Numbered from the stretch's first letter, positions 8,374 through 16,473 are shown. The stretch: DNA of 64,000 nt from an uncultured Dehalococcoidia bacterium (GCA_964405845.1 CAYOPL010000029.1:31056-95055); one strand, 5' to 3'. Notes: generated by a model from the sequence alone, not told the origin. Made by a program: numbers and translations.

Positions 8374-9732
8374 CTATTCGTACCAGCCGGACGCGAAGAT
8401 GTAGCCGTCGTGCAGGACGGCCCACGTGTGCTTGCGGGAGTCCTCGCCGGTGCCGGGGTTGCGAATCACATATTCGATCCAGACGCCCTCTTCCGTGGCG
8501 GCAAGCAGGTCATCCCCGTAGAAGTAGCCTGTTGGATCGACGCGTAGGGCAGGGTCACGATCCCTCAGATCAGGATTGAAGTGGCCGATTGTGCGGCCGG
8601 TATCCGTGTCTACGATGACCACGTACCACTGTTCATCCACGCTTATCGGATCGCTGTAATACTCGAGAGCCACGTCCAGCCCGGAGGAGTTGTACAGGTT
8701 GATTGCCTGTTCCACAAGGGCCTGGGTGTATTCCGGCTCATCGGACTTGGGAGGGCCGTCCTCATACCAGCCGGAGCCGAAGATCAGGCCGTCATGCTCA
8801 ACCAGCCATGAGTGCTTGGTCTGGGAGCGGTTGGACGTGGGATTGTAGAAGATGTACTCGGACCAAGCGCCGTCTTCCGTCGCGTCATCCGCCACGATTT
8901 GGCCGGACGGGTAGCCGTTCACGCCTGTGACATCGACGAGGGGCGTGCCAACAAGGTCCCTGTTCGCGCCATGCACGATGAGTTGACCGGTCTCATCGGC
9001 TATGAACATGTACCACTGGTCATCAACACCGCTCGGGCCGTTGTAGTAGTCGATTAGCGCCTGTCGGCCGGATGCCTCGTAAAGCCCTATTGCCAGATTG
9101 ACGTATTCCTGCGTATAGACGGGCTGGTCGGACTCTGGGCGCGCCCCGCCGGACCAGGACGATGAGGCAAAGACCAGGCCGTCGTGTTTGACGACCCAAA
9201 GGTGTTGGAGCTCGACGCTTCCAAAGAAACTGCTGGCGAGGTAGTCAATCCGGATACCCTCTTCGCGGGCGCCGTCGATCACCATCTGCCCGGCAGGGTA
9301 GTGGTTGTGCCCCTTGAATTCGGAATCATGCACCCCGACCCAATCAGGGAACGCTGCCATGGACACGATGTAGCCTTCTTCATCGAGGATGAATACGTGC
9401 CAATCACCATCAAGGCTCTCGTCGGAGTTATAGAAGGCAATCGTTTCTTCGCGCCCGTTGGTTCCGTAGTGATCGATCGCCTGTTGGACCAATGCCTGCG
9501 CATACGCCAGAGGTTCATCCTTTGAGACGGTGATAGGGGCGTCGTCAGTTTCGGTTGACGTAGCGACGCCGGTATCACCAGGTTCGGCTTCAGCTGTTGG
9601 GTCCGCCGATTCGTTGGAACAGGACGCGAGAAGTGAGACGACCACAGCCAGGACAATGAGCAGAGCTGCGAGAGAAGTGCGTTGGGCGAGCTGCCTCAAG
9701 GCAGTGGATGGAGCGACAGATGTCATTTTCAC
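8374..9732 (-). CDS. Secreted lipoprotein made of three tandem sCache_2-like (single Cache) repeats
   Basis: 452 aa with lipobox LLASC and an acidic T/E-rich tether. Three ~128-aa repeats follow, each with A(I/L)xxY..G...A..YY...S.D(D/E)QWY.FI.D..G and ...K.xW.V.HDG.IF.SGWY, matching the sCache_2 consensus. No transmembrane or output domain. Confidence 0.7.
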   Translation of the reverse strand: MKMTSVAPSTALRQLAQRTSLAALLIVLAVVVSLLASCSNESADPTAEAEPGDTGVATSTETDDAPITVSKDEPLAYAQALVQQAIDHYGTNGREETIAFYNSDESLDGDWHVFILDEEGYIVSMAAFPDWVGVHDSEFKGHNHYPAGQMVIDGAREEGIRIDYLASSFFGSVELQHLWVVKHDGLVFASSSWSGGARPESDQPVYTQEYVNLAIGLYEASGRQALIDYYNGPSGVDDQWYMFIADETGQLIVHGANRDLVGTPLVDVTGVNGYPSGQIVADDATEDGAWSEYIFYNPTSNRSQTKHSWLVEHDGLIFGSGWYEDGPPKSDEPEYTQALVEQAINLYNSSGLDVALEYYSDPISVDEQWYVVIVDTDTGRTIGHFNPDLRDRDPALRVDPTGYFYGDDLLAATEEGVWIEYVIRNPGTGEDSRKHTWAVLHDGYIFASGWYE

Positions 9733-9918
9733 TAGTAGCCTCCGCCAGGTCTTGGGTCGGCTGAATAAATGCCTGCGGCGCGGTCATACCATTGTACGAC
9801 GGGCAACTTATTGAGACTACACGGCACTTGCCAATCTCAATAAAGTTGACACTCCTGACTCACTTTGGTAATCCTGTTGCATTCCACGAATGGGTCCGCG
9901 AAAGCGCATGAGCAAATA

Positions 9919-9933
9919 TGATACTCAGTATCG
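9919..9933. promoter_or_regulatory. Fur-family (Zur-like) 7-1-7 box candidate: TGATACT-C-AGTATCG
   Basis: 11/14 match to the classical TGATAAT-N-ATTATCA motif. The core GATACT-C-AGTATC is a perfect 6-1-6 palindrome. It sits mid-way in the divergent intergenic region between the Cache lipoprotein and the metal-binding lipoprotein. Confidence 0.5.
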
Positions 9934-10034
9934 TTATTCTGCCAACTGTGTGCCTGAGCAACCCAATGTTGAGTGGGGCGAGCTGTAAGTAACACATCAC
10001 CATGGATTCACGAATCAGGATGGCTGGAGATAAG

Positions 10035-10049
10035 TGATACTGAATCTCA
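10035..10049. promoter_or_regulatory. Second, weaker Fur-family box candidate: TGATACT-G-AATCTCA
   Basis: 11/14 match to TGATAAT-N-ATTATCA. It shares the TGATACT half-site with the box at 9919 and ends 68 nt upstream of the ATG at 10118. Confidence 0.3.
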
Positions 10050-10117
10050 CTAAGGCAGACCAAGGGCGGCGTGTTACGGCCGCCGCAATAACACCGACAT
10101 TTCGGTAGGGGGACACC

Positions 10118-12415
10118 ATGAAGAAACTTCCATTCCATAGTGTGGGTACGGCAAGAGCGTTCGGTCTCTTGCTTCTTACGCTCGCGCTTTTACTGGTACT
10201 GGCTGTCGCGGCATGCGAGAGCGAGGACGATCCAACTTCGACACCCGGATCCACTGATACATCGACCGGCACGGAGCAGACGTCAAGCACCGGCACTGAC
10301 ACCAGTGGCAGCACCGACACTGGCAGTACCCAGACAGGATCGTCCGGGGATTCCCAGATGGACGGCGACCCGCTCTTGGTGGTTGCCACGAGCAACATCG
10401 TTGCCGATTGGGTGAAGAACGTCGGCGGTGACCGGGTAGAGGTGATGAGCCTGCTGCCGGTGGGCGGAGACCCGCATACATACCAGCCCGGGGCGCGTGA
10501 CGTTGCGCACATTGTGGATGCGGACCTCGTCCTGACCGTTGGTCTTGGACTTGAGGGCGCGTGGCTTGAGGAGCTCATCCACAACGCGAGCGCTGACGAG
10601 TCGCGCATCATCGCCCTTGGCGGCGCCATCGACCCGATTGAATTCGCAGAGACCGGCGGCCATCACGACGAAGAAGAGGAAATGGAGGAGATGGGCCATG
10701 AGGAACTCTCCGGCCGGCTCCTGATTGCCGATGGAGATATCGGCGCGCTGTCGGTCTTGGACCTCATGACGGATCAACTGGACGAGAGAAGCCTGGAAGT
10801 GGCGGCTCCGTCAGCAACGCTCTATACGAGCCCGAGCGGACGCTTCGCCTTTGCTCTCGCCCGCGGCCCCGAGGATGCGGACGACCGTGTCCATATCTTC
10901 GATGGCGGCGTCTACCTTGAGGAGCACGGCGATCACTTTGACCAAGTCACAGAGCCTGTTTCCGCGCTGACCGTAGGTACCTCTGATGAGGGGCCCATCA
11001 ACGTCAGTGTCCATAGCGGCTGGACCACCATCTTCCACGATGCCTCCGGACGCGTTGCGCTGTTCGAGGAACACGACCTTGAGGAAGAACTCAATGAGTA
11101 CGAGCCGACCTGGCTTGACGCAGGCGCGCAGGAGAATGGCGTGGGCGTCGCGCTGGGCGAGGGTTACGTTATGGTGACCTCCGGGAACCCGGACGCCACC
11201 GGCGTAGAGGTTCGTACGCTTGATGGCGACGTCGTCTTTGACGAGGCGTCGGGCGCATGCCCGGGCCTCCAGGGTGAGGCCGCCAACGCCCACGGCGTGG
11301 TGTTTGGCTGCGTCGGCGGCGTACTGTTCATCGAGGGCCATGACGGCGAATACGAGTACGAGTTCGTCGAGAACCCGGCCGACATGAATGCAGCGGCCCG
11401 CATCAGCACGCTGTGGGGCCATGATGACTCCGAGTACTTCTTCGGCTCCGCCTCGTACAGGGATGATCAGGGTAATCGTCTTAACGGCGGGCTCTGGAGG
11501 ATCGATGCCGAGGGCGGCGAAATGTCGCTCATCTTGCCTCCAACCGACGAGAAGCGTGTGGTAAGTGTTGCGTTTGATGGTCACGGCGAGGAACTGTTCG
11601 CCCTGACGTACGACGGCGTACTAAATGTCATCCATCCGGAAGAGGGCGAGGTAGAGGAAACCTACGAGCTTGTAGAGGCGTTTGACGGCGACACCTCGCC
11701 ATCGTTCATCGTCGTTGGCGAGCTGCTCTACCTGTCAGACAGGGTTGGCGGGCGCATTATTGAGTTCAGCCTTGAAGAGGGCGAGATTGAGCGTGAGTGG
11801 GCCATCGGCGGGCAGCCGCGCAGCCTGGCGTTCGTCGGGTTGGGCGTCGAGGAGAGCGAAGAGGGCCACGCCGACCATGGCCACGGGCCGCTTGATCCGC
11901 ACTTCTGGTTCGACCCGAATCGCGTCAGTGACGCCGTCATTGAAATCGCCACCCGACTTGCCATTCTGGATCCGGCCGGGGTGGAGACCTACACGGCTAA
12001 CGCCACCGCTTACGTAGCTCAGCTGCAGGAGCTCCACGCGTGGACCGAACAGCAACTGAGCGGCATCCCCAACGAAGACCGAATCCTCATCACGTCGCAT
12101 GACAGCCTCAGCTACTTCGCTGTCGTGTACGGGTTCGAAGTTGTTGGCACCGTCATCCCTGGCGGGACCACGGAGACGGAATCGTCCGCCGAACAGCTTG
12201 CCGAGCTCATTGAGATTGTGGAACACGAGGGTGTTCAGGCCATCTTCGGCGAGACGACTGTTTCGGAACGAATCGCTCGTGCTGTCGCCGAGGAGACGGG
12301 CGCAGGGTTCTACAGCCTGTACTCCGGCTCCCTTGGCGCGGCGGGCAGCGGCGCGGACACGTTCCTTACGATGATCCGCAGCAACGTTGAGATCATCGCG
12401 GAGGCTTTGGGCTAG
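10118..12415 (+). CDS. Cluster A-I (ZnuA/TroA-type) metal-binding lipoprotein with a ~380-aa beta-propeller-like domain nested in the His-rich loop
   Basis: 765 aa with lipobox LAVAAC and an S/T/G/D tether. N-lobe: LLVVATSNIVADWVKNVGG, GGDPHTYQP. C-lobe: LDPHFWFDP, TSHDSLSYFA, IFGETTVSE. Between GGHHDEEEEMEEMGHEE (about 10655-10708) and EESEEGHADHGHG (about 11849-11890) lies a beta-strand-rich insert (VHIFDGGVYLEEHGDHFD, GVVFGCVGGVLFIEG, LFALTYDGVLNVI, LYLSDRVGGRIIEF). Confidence 0.85.
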   Translation: MKKLPFHSVGTARAFGLLLLTLALLLVLAVAACESEDDPTSTPGSTDTSTGTEQTSSTGTDTSGSTDTGSTQTGSSGDSQMDGDPLLVVATSNIVADWVKNVGGDRVEVMSLLPVGGDPHTYQPGARDVAHIVDADLVLTVGLGLEGAWLEELIHNASADESRIIALGGAIDPIEFAETGGHHDEEEEMEEMGHEELSGRLLIADGDIGALSVLDLMTDQLDERSLEVAAPSATLYTSPSGRFAFALARGPEDADDRVHIFDGGVYLEEHGDHFDQVTEPVSALTVGTSDEGPINVSVHSGWTTIFHDASGRVALFEEHDLEEELNEYEPTWLDAGAQENGVGVALGEGYVMVTSGNPDATGVEVRTLDGDVVFDEASGACPGLQGEAANAHGVVFGCVGGVLFIEGHDGEYEYEFVENPADMNAAARISTLWGHDDSEYFFGSASYRDDQGNRLNGGLWRIDAEGGEMSLILPPTDEKRVVSVAFDGHGEELFALTYDGVLNVIHPEEGEVEETYELVEAFDGDTSPSFIVVGELLYLSDRVGGRIIEFSLEEGEIEREWAIGGQPRSLAFVGLGVEESEEGHADHGHGPLDPHFWFDPNRVSDAVIEIATRLAILDPAGVETYTANATAYVAQLQELHAWTEQQLSGIPNEDRILITSHDSLSYFAVVYGFEVVGTVIPGGTTETESSAEQLAELIEIVEHEGVQAIFGETTVSERIARAVAEETGAGFYSLYSGSLGAAGSGADTFLTMIRSNVEIIAEALG

Positions 12416-12445
12416 ATAAACTTCCCTCCCCAGTCTCCTCCTCTC

Positions 12446-12492
12446 AGGCGAGGGTCGGCTCCCAGCCCCGGGCGCCGGCTCCTCGCCTTTTT
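12446..12492 (+). terminator. Rho-independent terminator candidate after the metal-binding lipoprotein gene
   Basis: AGGCGAGG (12446-12453) pairs with CCTCGCCT (12481-12488), with additional CGGC/GCCG pairing inside. A TTTTT run follows directly. Confidence 0.55.
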
Positions 12493-12582
12493 CTAGCAAC
12501 GGCATGCGTCAGTTTCATTAGGCCCGCGCCACCGCTATGCCGATATAGTGGAAACCGCGACCACTGATGAGAGGGGAACCGG

Positions 12583-14442
12583 ATGACGTCCGCAGAGACG
12601 ACTGTTAGGGGATTGATGGAGAGCACGACGGCGGAGGCGCTTGCCGATCCCCGTCTTCGCAGCCTGTTAGGCGGCGCGATGCCCCGTGATGATATGCAGG
12701 CGTTCTTCCGGCGATTTCTAGTCACTCATCTGAACTCCGTGCAGATCCTCGCATTCCTAACGTCCATCGCCCCGCCGCAGGTTATGGAGGCCATCAAGGA
12801 GAACCTGCTGGAAGAGATGGGCTTTGAGGAGAGTGAGAAGTCGCACCCGGAACTTGTGGAGGACCTGGCGCGCGGGCTCGGCTACTCGGAACAGGACCTG
12901 ATCCGCGTCCACGCGGAGGCTGATGAGTCCCGACGGGCATTCATCTCCACTCCCATTCCGTATACAACCATGCGCGAGTTTGGTCTCGCCGTTCTGTTGG
13001 AAAACGTCGCCTTTGAGTATTTCCTCTCCCGATTCAGTGACGGGATGGCGAATTCGCTGGTCAACAACTATGGCCTGACTCCGGAAGCCGCCATGTGGTT
13101 CACGCTGCACGGCGAGGTTGATATTCGCCACGCGGAGGAGGGGCAGCTGGCCATACTCGGCTACGCGTCTCACTATCGGTTCGGGCCCGAGGAGTTTGAG
13201 CAGATTGCCCGGCAAACGTTTGCCGAGAACGTAGTGCTGAACCGCTACTTCCCACCCGATTCCGATGCTCCGTCGCGTCATGGCACAAGCGCCCTGAGCG
13301 CCGTCGACATCATGCCGCTTCGTATCCCGTTCCAGCAGGCGTTCACGCACTCCACCATGAGCCGTGCTGAGAGCGACGCGATTGTCGTACGGGTCACTGG
13401 TACAGATGGCGTGACCGGCTACGGCGAATCACTGCCGCGCCCCTATGTCACAGGGGAGGATGTTGAGGCCGTCGTTGGCGCGATTCGAGACGATCTCGCG
13501 CCGCAGGCGCTTGGGTTGACTCTTGAATCCGGGCCCGCCGCTGTCCCGCAGATCGACGAGTTCCTCAGCGAATGGAAACGCAACCGTCCTACGTCCGTTG
13601 GCATTGTCGCGTGGAACGCCACCGCCTGCGCGCTGGAGCTTGCGTTGCTTGATTGGGCGTTCAAGCGGGCAGGGCAGTCCGTCATGACATGGCTGCCGCC
13701 CGCTCGCGCCAACGTCACGTACACGGGGGTTATCGACGCCTCAGACCCCGCCACGGCGGCGGGCATGGCGCGGCGCTTCACTCAGGCGGGCATGACCTCC
13801 ATCAAGGTGAAGGTCGGCATCGATGATGATGCCGCGCGACTGCAGGCGGTGCGGGAGGCGGTTGGCGACGATGTTGAGATCCGCGTGGACGCCAACGGGG
13901 TATGGTCGGCTGACGGGGCGGTTGCCGCCCTGAACGCGCTCACGGCCTACAACATTGTGGCCGTGGAACAGCCGGTTACTGCCACGGACCTTGACGGCAT
14001 GAGGCAGGTCCGCGAGCAGACGGGGCTGCGCGTCATTGCGGATGAGTCACTCCTAACGGAAGAGAATGCCGCCGCGCTCATTGCCGCCAAGGCCTGTGAC
14101 GTGTTCAATATCCGTGTCTCCAAGTGCGGTGGGTTGATCGCCTCGGCTCGCATCGCTCAGATAGCCGCTGATGCCGGAGTCGGTGTGCAGATCGGCGCGC
14201 AAGTGGGGGAGACGTCGCTGCTTTCAGCGGCGGGGCGCGTACTGGCAGCGCATGTTCCGTCCCTTGAGTATCTTGAAGGGTCGTTCGGGACGCATCTGCT
14301 AAGCGAGGACATCGCATTCGAGCCGGTCATGTTCGGGTATGGAGGCCGCGGCGAATTGCTGCCACGCCCGGGGCTCGGTGTTGCGGTGAACGAGGATGCG
14401 CTGGGACAGCTGGCCCAAGAAACGATAACAATCGAACCGTAG
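12583..14442 (+). CDS. Fusion protein: heme-oxygenase-like iron-containing redox enzyme domain (N) + enolase-superfamily MLE-subgroup domain (C; dipeptide epimerase/OSBS/NSAR-like)
   Basis: 619 aa. N-terminal ~235 aa: IKENLLEEMGFEESEKSHPELVEDLARGLG, LLENVAFEYF and FTLHGEVDIRHAEEG, the carboxylate/His helix pattern of the Haem_oxygenas_2/CADD/PqqC-like family. C-terminal part: KxK motif SIKVKVG, metal ligands in IRVDANG, AVEQPV and VIADES, second catalytic Lys in FNIRVSKCGGL. Confidence 0.8.
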   Translation: MTSAETTVRGLMESTTAEALADPRLRSLLGGAMPRDDMQAFFRRFLVTHLNSVQILAFLTSIAPPQVMEAIKENLLEEMGFEESEKSHPELVEDLARGLGYSEQDLIRVHAEADESRRAFISTPIPYTTMREFGLAVLLENVAFEYFLSRFSDGMANSLVNNYGLTPEAAMWFTLHGEVDIRHAEEGQLAILGYASHYRFGPEEFEQIARQTFAENVVLNRYFPPDSDAPSRHGTSALSAVDIMPLRIPFQQAFTHSTMSRAESDAIVVRVTGTDGVTGYGESLPRPYVTGEDVEAVVGAIRDDLAPQALGLTLESGPAAVPQIDEFLSEWKRNRPTSVGIVAWNATACALELALLDWAFKRAGQSVMTWLPPARANVTYTGVIDASDPATAAGMARRFTQAGMTSIKVKVGIDDDAARLQAVREAVGDDVEIRVDANGVWSADGAVAALNALTAYNIVAVEQPVTATDLDGMRQVREQTGLRVIADESLLTEENAAALIAAKACDVFNIRVSKCGGLIASARIAQIAADAGVGVQIGAQVGETSLLSAAGRVLAAHVPSLEYLEGSFGTHLLSEDIAFEPVMFGYGGRGELLPRPGLGVAVNEDALGQLAQETITIEP

Positions 14443-14450
14443 GAATATTC

Positions 14451-16112
14451 ATGTCCCTTATCTCCCGACTCCTCGGCCTGCAGGGCCGCCTGGCCTGGAG
14501 GTCATTTGACCGCGCGACGCGTGATCCCGACGGCGCTCAACTACGCCTGTTGCAGCGCATCCTGAACGCCAATGCGGACACGATATTTGGGCGCGAGCAC
14601 GGTTTCTCCTCAATCAGCAATTTTGAGGAGTACCGGGACGCGGTTCCAGTCGGCGACTTTGAGGCCGTCCGTCCATGGGTGGACCGCATCATGGCGGGTG
14701 AGCGCAGCGTCCTGACTCGTGATGATCCGTACCTGTTTGCGATGACGAGCGGCACGGCCGGCCAGCCCAAGCTCATTCCCGTTACGACAGCCACCAGCAA
14801 GTTCGTCAGCGCGCTATCCCGTCTCTGGCTCTACCGCAACACCGTTGACCATCCGCATGTTCTTGACCACAAGGCGTTGGTCATCGTCAGTCCGGCCATT
14901 GAGGGATACACGGAGAGCGGCATTCCGTATGGCTCGGCCTCCGGCTATATCTACCGCAACGCCGCGTGGATGATCAGGCGGCGCTATGCCGTTCCGTATC
15001 CCGTCTTTGGGATCAAGGACTACGAGGCCAAATACTACACGGTTATGCGATTCGCCATCGAGCAGCAGTTGTCTCTGATCGCGTCTCCCAACCCCTCCAC
15101 GATTCTCCGTCTTGTGGATACGGCAAATGCGAATGCCGAGCGTCTCATCCGTGACATTCACGACGGCACTATCACCGGCGACGCCGAGATTGAACCCGAG
15201 CTGCGCGCCGAGCTTATTGCCCACCTCCGTCCCAACGTCTCCCGGGCTGCCGAACTCTCGACCATCCTCGAGCGGGAAGGGGCGCTGAGGCCGCGGGACT
15301 ACTGGCCGGGGCTGGCGCTTGTGGGCTGTTGGAAAGGTGGAAGTGTGGGGGCGACTGTCGACCGTCTCCGCCCGTGGTTTCCGGCCGGCATGGCTTTCCG
15401 CGACCTCGGGTTTCTTGCCAGCGAGGCGAATTTCACCCTGCCCATTGAGGATGAGGGGTCGCGCGGGATTCTCGCCATCACCGGCAACGTCTATGAATTC
15501 ATTGCGGAGGACGAGATCGATTCTCCCAACCCGCGTGTGCTCACGGCAGGCCAGCTTGAGGACGACGGGAGCTACTACGTCATCGTCACGACGCAGAGCG
15601 GCCTCTATCGCTATGACATCAACGACGTTGTCCGCGTGAACGGGTTTCATAATCGAACGCCGAAGATCGAGTTCCTGCGCAAGGGCAGGGACATGCTGAG
15701 CCTGGAGGGTGAAAAGCTGCACGTCGGGCAGCTGATTGAGGCGATGCGGGAGGCGCAGGCGGCGACCGGCGTTGCCGTCGAGTATTTTCGTGCTCTTGGC
15801 TACCCCGCCGCCAATCGCTACAGCCTGCAATTGGAGCTGCGGGATGCCGCGGCGCCGGAGGAGGCAGTCATTCGCCTGGGCAGAGCGATTGATGAGGGCC
15901 TGTCCCGCCTGAACATCGAATATGAACAGAAACGCGGCTCCGGGCGTCTCCGTCCTCCGCTTGTGCAGGTGATGGAAGACGGCTGGTCGTCGCGCCGCCT
16001 CGCCGCCAAGATGGCCAATGCCGTTCGGGATATCCAATACAAGGACGCGCTGCTGGCGCTTGCCGGGGATGACGCGGATGAGAGCGAAGTTAAACACGAG
16101 TTGACTCTCTGA
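14451..16112 (+). CDS. GH3-family acyl-acid amido synthetase (adenylate-forming)
   Basis: 553 aa. Motifs: FAMTSGTAGQPKLIPVT (GH3 motif I), YGSASGY, GLYRYDINDVVRVNGFHNRTPKIEFLRKGRDMLSLEGEKL (near-canonical GH3 motif III region). The start lies 8 nt after the stop of the fusion gene. Confidence 0.85.
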   Translation: MSLISRLLGLQGRLAWRSFDRATRDPDGAQLRLLQRILNANADTIFGREHGFSSISNFEEYRDAVPVGDFEAVRPWVDRIMAGERSVLTRDDPYLFAMTSGTAGQPKLIPVTTATSKFVSALSRLWLYRNTVDHPHVLDHKALVIVSPAIEGYTESGIPYGSASGYIYRNAAWMIRRRYAVPYPVFGIKDYEAKYYTVMRFAIEQQLSLIASPNPSTILRLVDTANANAERLIRDIHDGTITGDAEIEPELRAELIAHLRPNVSRAAELSTILEREGALRPRDYWPGLALVGCWKGGSVGATVDRLRPWFPAGMAFRDLGFLASEANFTLPIEDEGSRGILAITGNVYEFIAEDEIDSPNPRVLTAGQLEDDGSYYVIVTTQSGLYRYDINDVVRVNGFHNRTPKIEFLRKGRDMLSLEGEKLHVGQLIEAMREAQAATGVAVEYFRALGYPAANRYSLQLELRDAAAPEEAVIRLGRAIDEGLSRLNIEYEQKRGSGRLRPPLVQVMEDGWSSRRLAAKMANAVRDIQYKDALLALAGDDADESEVKHELTL

Positions 16113-16209
16113 TATCCATCCCGCGCCTGTATGTTCTGCTATACTCGGATAGAACCAGAGAGAGAAGAGAAAGAACAGAGGAACGGCGATAGCCCGCGGC
16201 GGAGGCAGT

Positions 16210-16473
16210 TTGGATCGGCAGACCAAGTCCCAAATCATTGAAGAATACAGGGGGCACCCGACTGATTCCGGTTCGACTGAGGTACAGGTCGCAGTCTTGA
16301 GTAGACGAATTAGCGATTTGACCGGACATCTACAAGTTCACCGCCACGATCATGCGACAAGGAGAGGCCTGCTGATGCTCGTTGGCCAGCGGCGCAGGTT
16401 GCTCCGATACCTCCGCCGAAAAGACGTAGGACGATACCAGTCCCTTATCGCGTCACTCGGCCTGCGTAGATAA
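16210..16473 (+). CDS. rpsO: 30S ribosomal protein S15
   Basis: 87 aa: GSTEVQVAVLSRRISDLTGHLQVHRHDHATRRGLLMLVGQRRRLLRYL. TTG start with GGAGG upstream. Confidence 0.95.
   Translation: MDRQTKSQIIEEYRGHPTDSGSTEVQVAVLSRRISDLTGHLQVHRHDHATRRGLLMLVGQRRRLLRYLRRKDVGRYQSLIASLGLRR

Noticed and set aside
9860-10138. 92-aa minus-strand ORF inside the long intergenic region.
   Set aside because: Its composition is odd (Cys/Leu/His-rich), it has no RBS, it overlaps the start of the ZnuA-like gene, and it lies in the AT-richer regulatory region. It is more likely non-coding.
10230-10350. Short imperfect nucleotide repeats (..ggcaccgacac.. / ..ggcactgacacc.. / ..ggcagcaccgacact..) that at first looked like a tandem or spacer-repeat array.
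   Set aside because: They lie in frame inside the lipoprotein gene and encode its S/T/G/D-rich tether (TSTGTEQTSSTGTDTSGSTDTGSTQTGSSG). They lack the regular repeat-spacer periodicity and conserved repeat length of CRISPR.
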